This document shows positions 56,989 through 64,000 of a stretch of 64,000 bases of DNA, in pieces. A program made the position numbers and the translations under genes. Below the pieces are notes generated by a model. It did not search any database. It was not told the origin of the DNA and saw only the letters and a list, made by a program, of their open reading frames with translations. How positions within the stretch are numbered: the first letter of the stretch is position 1; every line of letters begins with the position of its first letter. The DNA comes from Polyangiales bacterium (lineage in GTDB: Bacteria; Myxococcota_A; Polyangia; Polyangiales; Polyangiaceae): NCBI GenBank assembly GCA_038230375.1, contig JBBRNJ010000021.1:1-64000 (forward strand), read 5' to 3'.

Positions 56989-57660
56989 ATGGACGGCTTC
57001 GACGCAGCCGTGAACATGGCCGGCGGCGGCGGGGGCACGGCGCCTCCGCTCCGCATCCTGTTCGTCCTTGGCATCCTGTCCCTCTTGCCGGCCATCGTGC
57101 TGTCGGCGACGAGCTTCGTTCGCACCGTGGTCGTCTTGTCGTTCGTCCGCCAGGGCATCGGCACGCAGCAGACCCCGCCCACGCAGGTCATCGTCGGGCT
57201 CGCGCTCTTCATGACGGCCTTCACCATGTCGCCCATCGCGCAGGAGATCCAGACAAGCGCCCTTCAGCCGTACCAGCAGGGGCAAGTGACGGACATGCAG
57301 GCGATCAACCTGGCGTCGGAGCCGGTGAAGATGTTCATGCTCCGGCAGACGCGCGAAGCGGACCTCCAGATGTTCTTCGAGGCGTCAAACAAGCCCATTC
57401 CGCAGAAGGCGGAGGACGTGCCGCTCTCCATCGCCGCGCCGGCGTTCATCGTGAGTGAGCTCACCACGGCATTCCAGATGGGCGTGATGATCCTGCTGCC
57501 GTTCCTGGTCATCGACCTGGCGGTGGCCTCCATCCTGATGTCCATGGGCATGGTGTTCGTCTCACCCAACACGATCAGCCTTCCTCTGAAGTTGCTCCTG
57601 TTCGTTCTCGCGGATGGGTGGAACCTGGTTGTTGGCTCACTCATGCGGAGCTTCAGATGA
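56989..57660 (+). CDS. fliP: Export gate protein
   Basis: TSFVRTVVVLS..RQGIG.QQTPP, PAFIVSEL..AFQMG, LPLKLLLFVLADGW. Confidence 0.97.
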   Translation: MDGFDAAVNMAGGGGGTAPPLRILFVLGILSLLPAIVLSATSFVRTVVVLSFVRQGIGTQQTPPTQVIVGLALFMTAFTMSPIAQEIQTSALQPYQQGQVTDMQAINLASEPVKMFMLRQTREADLQMFFEASNKPIPQKAEDVPLSIAAPAFIVSELTTAFQMGVMILLPFLVIDLAVASILMSMGMVFVSPNTISLPLKLLLFVLADGWNLVVGSLMRSFR

Positions 57661-57926
57661 ATAGCGCTGCCGCAGTCGACCTCTTGCGCGCGGCGCTCCT
57701 GGTGACCGCGCACATTGCGGGGCCAGTCGTGCTCGCGACGCTTTGCATCGGTCTGCTCCTGGGCGTGTTCCAGACGGCCACGCAGGTCCAGGAGCAGAGC
57801 ATCACCTTCGTGGGCAAGCTGCTCGCGGTGATCTGCGTGATCGTCGTCCTTGGCCCGGAAGCGCTCCAGGTCACCGTCGAGTACATGCGGTCGCAGTTCA
57901 TGGGCATCGCGGGCGTCATCCGGTGA
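57657..57926 (+). CDS. fliQ: Export gate protein
   Basis: ATG 57657; GLLLGVFQTATQVQEQSITFVGK; 89 aa. Confidence 0.95.
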   Translation: MNSAAAVDLLRAALLVTAHIAGPVVLATLCIGLLLGVFQTATQVQEQSITFVGKLLAVICVIVVLGPEALQVTVEYMRSQFMGIAGVIR

Positions 57927-58681
57927 GCTTCGACCCGTCCGTCGCCGTGCGCTTCGGCCTGGTGCTCGGACGCGTGGCCGGAATGATGGCTGTTGCGCCC
58001 ATCGCATGGGAGGAGTCCCCCGCGAAGGCGCGCGCGGCGCTCGCGATCCTGTGTGCCGTCGTTGTCACCCCGTCGCTCGAGAACACGGAGCTGTCGCTGG
58101 AGTCCGGCATCACCGCGGCGCCGATGGAGATCTTGCTGGGCGTCGCCATGGGCATGGTCCCGCGCATGCTCATGAGCGTGTCTCACATGGTCGGCGATCT
58201 TCTGACGCCGCTCTTCGGTCTGAACGGGCAGCTTCTCTTCGGCGGACGCGCGGAGGCAGAGTCGTCGCTCGGCCGCCTCGTGCGCATGCTCGTGGCGGTG
58301 CTCGCGCTGGGCCTGGGCGTCCACCGCGTGATCCTTGCTTCCACGCTCCACAGCTTCGAGGTGCTTCCGCCTGGCTCTCCCATGAACGTGGGCCTGGCGG
58401 TGGGGCCGCTCGCGGAGGTCGCGCGGTCGGTGCTGGTGCTCGGCGTCCGCATGTCCATGCCCATCATCGCGGTCCACCTGGCCCTGCAGACCGCGCTCGC
58501 GTTCGTCTCGCGCGCGGCGCCCTCCATGCAGGTGTTCAGCGTGGGCTTTGCATTCCAGCTGGTCATGGGCTTCCTGACGCTGCTCGTCCTCCTCCCGGAC
58601 GAGGCCATCGAGATCACCCGCACGCTCTCCGACACGGGCCCCGCGATCGAGCACGTGCTCCTCGCCGTCATGGGGCGGTGA
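57923..58681 (+). CDS. fliR: Export gate protein
   Basis: GTG 57923; hydrophobic; EILLG, SRAAPSMQVFSVGF. Confidence 0.92.
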   Translation: MSFDPSVAVRFGLVLGRVAGMMAVAPIAWEESPAKARAALAILCAVVVTPSLENTELSLESGITAAPMEILLGVAMGMVPRMLMSVSHMVGDLLTPLFGLNGQLLFGGRAEAESSLGRLVRMLVAVLALGLGVHRVILASTLHSFEVLPPGSPMNVGLAVGPLAEVARSVLVLGVRMSMPIIAVHLALQTALAFVSRAAPSMQVFSVGFAFQLVMGFLTLLVLLPDEAIEITRTLSDTGPAIEHVLLAVMGR

Positions 58682-58688
58682 GCTCGCG

Positions 58689-59771
58689 ATGAGCGATCTT
58701 GGGGACAAGACAGAGGCAGCCACGCCAGAACGCCGGCGCAAGGCGCGCGAAGAGGGTCAGTTTGCGCGCTCGCGCGACGCCACGCAGGTCGCCGCCGGCA
58801 GCGCCGTGCTCTTCCTCATCTTCAGCGCGTTTCCAAGTGTGTTCGGGCAACTGAAGTCGTTCTGCGCGTCCTGCTTCTCCCTCAGGGACGACATGACCGC
58901 GGTCTCGCACCAGGCGCTGCTGTCGATCGTGTTGCTCGCCGTCGCACCAGCTGCGCTCGCGGCGGCCGCAGCCATCGCGGTGGGCTTTGCGCAAGCGGGG
59001 GCGCGACCGAACATCGATCTCATCATGCCGAAGATGTCGCGCCTGTCGCCGTGGGCGCACCTTGCGCGCCTGGTGTCGCTGAAGGCGGCTGTGGTGGACA
59101 CGTCGCTCACACTCGCGCGCGTCGCCATCGTGGGAACCGTCACCTATTTGACGATCAAGGAGTCAATGCCGACCCTCGTGCTCCTGGTGCACACGCACCA
59201 CGCGGTGGCCGCGGGGACGGCGATCGCGGTCGTGGCCGTGGTGGCGAAGAAATCCGCCATCGTCCTCTTCCTGCTCTCCATCGCGGACTACGCCAAGTCG
59301 CGGTGGGAGCTCGAGAAGAACCTCCGCATGTCGAAGCAAGAGGTGAAGGACGAGCACAAGCGAAACGAGGGCGACGGACGACTGAAGCACCGCATGATCG
59401 CGCGCGGCCGCGAGCGGATAAAGAAGGCCATTCGTACGCAGGTGAAGACCGCAGACGTCATCATCACGAACCCGACGCACGTCTCGGTCGCGCTGCGCTA
59501 CCGCTCCGGCGAGGGCGCCCCGATCGTGGTCGCGAAGGGCTATGACGAGGTCGCGCTGTTCATCCGGAAGTGTGCGCGAGAGGCGAGCGTGCCCATCGTG
59601 GAGGCCCCGCCGCTCGCGCGTTCGCTCGCGAGGCGTGTGAAGGTGGGCCGCTTCGTTCCGCGCGAATTCTGGAGCCCCGTGGCAGAGGTCCTGGCGTTCG
59701 TCTACCGCATCCGCAAGGGCGTGGCCGCCCAGCCGACACCGGCACGTAGTTCGCATCCACCTGTGACGTGA
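58689..59771 (+). CDS. flhB: Export switch protein
   Basis: KTEAATPERRRKAREEGQ, MSKQEVKDEHK..EG, intact NPTH autocleavage site. Confidence 0.97.
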   Translation: MSDLGDKTEAATPERRRKAREEGQFARSRDATQVAAGSAVLFLIFSAFPSVFGQLKSFCASCFSLRDDMTAVSHQALLSIVLLAVAPAALAAAAAIAVGFAQAGARPNIDLIMPKMSRLSPWAHLARLVSLKAAVVDTSLTLARVAIVGTVTYLTIKESMPTLVLLVHTHHAVAAGTAIAVVAVVAKKSAIVLFLLSIADYAKSRWELEKNLRMSKQEVKDEHKRNEGDGRLKHRMIARGRERIKKAIRTQVKTADVIITNPTHVSVALRYRSGEGAPIVVAKGYDEVALFIRKCAREASVPIVEAPPLARSLARRVKVGRFVPREFWSPVAEVLAFVYRIRKGVAAQPTPARSSHPPVT

Positions 59772-61831
59772 GTCGCAAGAATTCGCCGACGGGCCCGGGC
59801 ACCTACGCTGTCCCCTTTGGTCTCGTCAGCGTCGTGCTCATGATGGTGGTGCCGGTGCCGCCGTGGCTCCTGGACGGCCTGCTGGCATTCAGCCTGGCGA
59901 TTGCGGTCGGTGTGTTCCTGATCGCGCTCTTCATCGAGCAGCCGCTCGACTACAGCGTGTTCCCCGCGATCGTCCTGGTCGCCACCCTGCTCCGCCTTTC
60001 GCTCAACGTGGCCAGCACGCGGCTCATCCTGCTGCATGGCGCGGAAGGGCAGCGCGGCGCTGGTCGCGTCATCGAGACGTTCGGCAAGTTCGTGGTTGGC
60101 GGAGACGTCATCGTTGGTCTTGTCGTCTTCTTGATCCTGGTCATCATCAACTTCGTCGTCATCACGAAGGGCGCGGGGCGCGTGGCCGAGGTCGCTGCGC
60201 GCTTCACGTTGGACGCGATGCCCGGCAAGCAGATGGCGATCGACGCCGATCTCAACGGCGGCCTCATCACGCCGGATATCGCGCGCGACCGTCGCCGCAC
60301 GGTGGAGCGCGAGGCCGACTTCTTCGGCGCGATGGACGGCGCCAGCAAGTTCGTGCACGGAGACGCCGTTGCCGGCCTGATCATCACGGCCATCAACCTG
60401 GTCGGCGGCCTGGTCCGCGGGCTCATGTCCGGCATGGACGTGAGCCAGGCCATGGAGACCTTCTCCATCCTGTCCGTTGGCGACGCGCTCGTCGCGCAGA
60501 TCCCGTCGCTCCTGATCTCGACCGCGTCCGGCATCGTCGTCACACGCGGCGCCACGGGTGAGGAGCTCGGCTCCGCGCTGCGCACGCAGATCTTCTCCAG
60601 CAAGCGCGCGATCTTCATGACGGGCGGTGTGCTCGGCGCGATGGCGTTGATCCCGGGAATGCCCGCGTTCCCGTTCCTCCTGATCGGCGGAAGCCTGTTC
60701 GCGTTCGCGTGGAACCGTCCGAACGACGGCGAAGAGACGCCCGTGCCTGGTCAGAAGACCGAAGGCGGGGATGCCGGCGCCGAGAAGCGCGAGGACATCG
60801 AGGCGACGCTGGGCCTGGACGCGCTGTCGCTCGAGCTCGGCTACGAGCTCATCCCCGCGGTGGAGGCGGGCATGGGCGGCACGTTGCTCGAGCGCATCGC
60901 GGGCCTCAGGCGTCAGTTCGCCGTCGACATGGGCGTCATTGTTCCCCCCGTTCGCATCCGCGACAACCTGGCGCTGCTGCCCAGCGAGTACCGCATCTCC
61001 ATCCTGGGCACGGAGGTCGCGCGCGGTGATCTGCGTCAGGGCCGCCTCATCGCGATGGGCGAGCCGCAGGGCGACGTGGAGGTCCCCGGCGACGCAACGA
61101 AGGACCCCGTCTTCGGCGAAATCGCCCGCTGGATCGCGCCCAAGGACAAGGATCTCGCGGAGGCGTTCGGTTGCACCGTTGTCGATCACGCGACGGTCCT
61201 GGCCACGCACATCTCGGAGATCGTTCGTCGCAACGGCTCGGAGCTCCTGGGTCGCGCGGAGCTCGCGCACCTGTTCGAGGTCTTCTCCAAGGACAACCCG
61301 AAGCTCGTCGACGACCTGGTCCCGTCCTTGCTGACACTCTCCGATGTGCAGAAGGTCCTCCGCAACTTGCTCCGTGAAGGCGTGTCGATCCGGAACCTCC
61401 GGACGATCCTGGAAGGCCTCACCGACACGGCGCCACAGACCAAGGACACCGAGCAGCTCACCGAGATCGTCCGTCAGCGGCTTGCGCGTCAGATCACCTC
61501 GCAGCACAAGGGCGCGAACGGCGAGCTGCCTGCCATCGTGCTGGACGCGCCGGTCGAGGACATGTTCCGGCGTTCGCTGCGCGAGCTCACCCAGGGCGGC
61601 GCGGGTGGTCTGGATCCGGCGGAGCTCCGTCGCGTGTCCAACTCGCTCGAGGAGGCGCTCGCGCGTCTCTCGAAGCGCGGCCAGCGTGCGCCCATCGTGA
61701 CGGGCCCCGACCTGCGCCGCTACGTGCGCGCGTTCGTGGAGCGCCGGAACGCGACGTGCGCGGTCATCTCTTACCGAGAGGTCGATCCGCTGACCCGCAT
61801 CGTGCCCACCGAGACCATCCGAGCCAGCTGA
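59768..61831 (+). CDS. flhA: Export apparatus major subunit
   Basis: RLSLNVASTRLIL, RVAEVAARFTLDAMPGKQMAIDADL, FFGAMDGASKFV.GD, GVSIRNL. Confidence 0.98.
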   Translation: MSRKNSPTGPGTYAVPFGLVSVVLMMVVPVPPWLLDGLLAFSLAIAVGVFLIALFIEQPLDYSVFPAIVLVATLLRLSLNVASTRLILLHGAEGQRGAGRVIETFGKFVVGGDVIVGLVVFLILVIINFVVITKGAGRVAEVAARFTLDAMPGKQMAIDADLNGGLITPDIARDRRRTVEREADFFGAMDGASKFVHGDAVAGLIITAINLVGGLVRGLMSGMDVSQAMETFSILSVGDALVAQIPSLLISTASGIVVTRGATGEELGSALRTQIFSSKRAIFMTGGVLGAMALIPGMPAFPFLLIGGSLFAFAWNRPNDGEETPVPGQKTEGGDAGAEKREDIEATLGLDALSLELGYELIPAVEAGMGGTLLERIAGLRRQFAVDMGVIVPPVRIRDNLALLPSEYRISILGTEVARGDLRQGRLIAMGEPQGDVEVPGDATKDPVFGEIARWIAPKDKDLAEAFGCTVVDHATVLATHISEIVRRNGSELLGRAELAHLFEVFSKDNPKLVDDLVPSLLTLSDVQKVLRNLLREGVSIRNLRTILEGLTDTAPQTKDTEQLTEIVRQRLARQITSQHKGANGELPAIVLDAPVEDMFRRSLRELTQGGAGGLDPAELRRVSNSLEEALARLSKRGQRAPIVTGPDLRRYVRAFVERRNATCAVISYREVDPLTRIVPTETIRAS

Positions 61832-61842
61832 GGAGATAGTCG

Positions 61843-63183
61843 ATGCACTACGAGACATTCAGAGGCCGTGATGTGAAGGAAGCGCTGTCCCTGGTGCGCG
61901 CCGCATTCGGTACAGATGCGATCATCAGCTCGACGCGGGTCGTGACGAACGGACGTGATGGTGGGCTCGAGCAGTCGTTCGTGGAGGTGAAGGCCGCTCC
62001 GTCCGATGCACCGCCGCAGCTGCGCGGCGCCGAGTCCCAGCGTGCATTCCCGTTCGCGCGTCGCGAGGCGGAGCGTGCGAAGGCAGCGGCCGCAGCAGCG
62101 GCATCCGCGGCCGCGTCGCGTCCCAGCGGGAGCTCACAGGTCGCGCGTCCGAGCGTTCCTTCGCCGATCGCGGTGCTCCTCCAGAAGTCCGGGTCCGTGC
62201 CGCCGCCGCGCATCGACATCCGCGGCGCGGAGCCCGACATCGCGGCCGAGATCGCGCGCGCGGAGATCTTGCGCGCAGACAAGGCTCGTGCGGAGAGCGC
62301 GCGTGCGCAGACGGCGCGTGCGGATGCGGCGCGTGCGGACGCGATGGAGTCCGAGGTGCGCGCGCTCCGTCAGCTGGTGGAGCAGATGGTCGGCCAGCGG
62401 GCGCCGAAGGAGCGCATCCTCAGCGAGCTCTCGGACGTGGGCATCGAAGGCAAGCTCGCGGGCGAGCTGTCGACCGGCGTCGCGAAGGCAATGAAGGACT
62501 CCTCGGTGTCCATCGAAGAGCTCCTTCGTACGCGGTTGGAGAAACGTGTAGGTTGCACGGAGATCACGTTCCGGGAGGGTCAGAAGCGGCTCATCGCGTG
62601 CGTGGGTCCCACCGGCGTGGGCAAGACGACGACGCTCGCGAAGCTGGCAGCACACTCGGCGCTCGAGAAGGGGCTGCCAACGGCCATCATCACGCTGGAT
62701 ACGTTTCGCGTTGGTGCGATTGAGCAGATGAAGCGCTTCGCTTCGCTCATCGATGTGCCGTTCTTCGTTGCACACGATGAAGCGAGCCTGCTCAACGCAC
62801 TCCGCTCCTGCCCGGACATCGTCCTGGTCGACACGCCGAGCCGCGGCCCGAAGGACGAGGCAGCCATGAGTCGCCTCTGCCTGTGCCTGGACTCCGTCGC
62901 GGGCGACTACGAACGCGACGTGCTGCTCGCGATCCCCGCGCACATGCGCGCGTCGGACACGCAGGACCTGGTGCGTTCGTACGGTCGCGTGAGCCCCACC
63001 GCGTGCGTGCTCACGAAGCTGGATGAGACGCGTCGCCCTGGCGGTGCGGTCTCGGGCGCCATCGCCGCGCACCTCGACATCGCGTTTCTCTCGAACGGTC
63101 CGAAGGTCCCCGAGGACCTCCTCAGAGCAACACCCAACGACGTCGCACTTGCCGTGCTGCCGAAGATCGAGCCCCACCGATGA
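61843..63183 (+). CDS. flhF: SRP-family GTPase FlhF
   Basis: B domain (VRAAFGTDAIISST), GPTGVGKTTTLAKLAA, DTFRVGA.EQ, TKLDE, VPEDL. Confidence 0.93.
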   Translation: MHYETFRGRDVKEALSLVRAAFGTDAIISSTRVVTNGRDGGLEQSFVEVKAAPSDAPPQLRGAESQRAFPFARREAERAKAAAAAAASAAASRPSGSSQVARPSVPSPIAVLLQKSGSVPPPRIDIRGAEPDIAAEIARAEILRADKARAESARAQTARADAARADAMESEVRALRQLVEQMVGQRAPKERILSELSDVGIEGKLAGELSTGVAKAMKDSSVSIEELLRTRLEKRVGCTEITFREGQKRLIACVGPTGVGKTTTLAKLAAHSALEKGLPTAIITLDTFRVGAIEQMKRFASLIDVPFFVAHDEASLLNALRSCPDIVLVDTPSRGPKDEAAMSRLCLCLDSVAGDYERDVLLAIPAHMRASDTQDLVRSYGRVSPTACVLTKLDETRRPGGAVSGAIAAHLDIAFLSNGPKVPEDLLRATPNDVALAVLPKIEPHR

Positions 63184-63911
63184 GCGCTACTCCCCTCAAG
63201 AAGGACATGACTCGCGCCGACTACGAGCGGTATTTGCCGCTCGTCCGTCGTATCGCGATGAAGCTCGTGCGGCGCATGCCGCGTGAGGTGTCCATAGACG
63301 ATCTGATCGGCGCCGGATGGCTCGGGCTGGTGGAGGCGCTGCGTCGCCGCACGATCGAGATGAACGAAGAGGAGTTCACTGCCTATGCGTCGCATCGCGT
63401 TCGCGGTGCGATCCTGGACCATCTGCGCGCGCTCGATCCCATGTCGCGCAAGATGCGCGGCGCGTCCCGCAAGATCGCGGAGAGCATCAAGGTGCTCGCA
63501 GTGCGTCTCGGGCGACCGCCCGAGGAAGGCGAGATCGCCGCGGAGATGGGGCTGCCGCTGGACGAGTATCAGGAGCTCCTCTCCGACGTGTCACGCGCGG
63601 ACTGCGCACGCATCGACATCACCGAGGTCAACGCTCCCGACGCGGGCGAGGGGCCGGAGCTCTTCTTCGGGCGTCGTGAGGTGGTCGATCGCATCGCGAG
63701 CGCGGTCGACGCGCTGCCGGAGCGTCTGCGTCTGGTGCTGGGTCTGCACTACCAGGAGGATGCGAGCCTGCGAGAGATCGGCGAGGTGCTCGGCGTGACG
63801 GAGTCGCGCGCGTGCCAGCTCCATTCGGAGGCGATTCACCGCATCCGCGCGCAGATGGCGACGGAAGACGAGAGCAAGGTCTCCGTGCAACGGATACGAG
63901 GTAGCAAATGA
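63180..63911 (+). CDS. fliA: Flagellar sigma factor sigma28
   Basis: YLPLVRRIA, DDLIGAG..GL, RVRGAILDHLR, LREIGEVLGVTESRACQLH. Confidence 0.96.
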   Translation: MSATPLKKDMTRADYERYLPLVRRIAMKLVRRMPREVSIDDLIGAGWLGLVEALRRRTIEMNEEEFTAYASHRVRGAILDHLRALDPMSRKMRGASRKIAESIKVLAVRLGRPPEEGEIAAEMGLPLDEYQELLSDVSRADCARIDITEVNAPDAGEGPELFFGRREVVDRIASAVDALPERLRLVLGLHYQEDASLREIGEVLGVTESRACQLHSEAIHRIRAQMATEDESKVSVQRIRGSK

Positions 63912-64000
63912 GCGATGGCATCTGGTCCGCCGCGTCCGGCGCGATGAATCAGCTTGCGATGCTGGATACGTGCGCGAACAACGTCGCGAACGCGAGCACG
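63908..64000 (+). CDS. flgF: Flagellar rod protein FlgF, N-terminus only (truncated by right window edge)
   Basis: Not in ORF track. ATGA overlap with fliA; MSDGIWSAASGAMNQLAMLDTCANNVANAST matches the rod/hook N-terminal motif and the usual fliA-flgF order. Confidence 0.8.
   Translation, partial: MSDGIWSAASGAMNQLAMLDTCANNVANAST

Noticed and set aside
45911..61831. Interpreting the export genes as a non-flagellar type III injectisome
   Set aside because: Rod, hook, ring, stator, flagellin, FlgM and FliA genes are all present, and no secretin or needle genes are seen.

Overview
High-GC bacterial DNA whose gene content points, by inference, to Myxococcota, probably Polyangia/Polyangiaceae-like: an AgmX/PglI-type C-terminal domain, many Cys-rich lipoproteins with DAG/DGG linkers, a TPR/PEGA-type protein, a ferritin-like protein and a CsgA-like SDR. 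The left half (1-30.1 kb) is accessory. It holds an MFS/LysR pair, a DUF3494 ice-binding-type lipoprotein, tandem beta-propeller proteins, a DUF4015 hydrolase, a VIT-vWA/ECF-sigma/small-protein operon, an apparent TolQ/ExbB-ExbD-TonB-C single-chain fusion, lipid oxidoreductases and a Cys-repeat lipoprotein. The right half (30.1 kb to beyond the window edge) is a large, apparently intact flagellar cluster: fliC, maf, csrA, flgLKNMJIHAG, motBA, flbD, two sigma54 activators, flgBC, fliE-J, flgDE, fliL-R, flhBAF, fliA and the start of flgF, with candidate sigma54 and sigma28 promoters. This is notable because cultured fruiting myxobacteria are regarded as non-flagellated gliders. The cluster is atypical: FliM has no CheY-binding peptide, FlhF has altered GTPase motifs, and flhG, fliK, fliW, fliD and fliS are absent from their usual positions. 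An unannotated ~105-110 bp four-hairpin element with compensatory stem changes occurs twice (24789-24897 +, 41757-41861 -). The second copy forms a GGA-rich leader of motB. All calls come from reading the sequence and from remembered family motifs; no database search was run.
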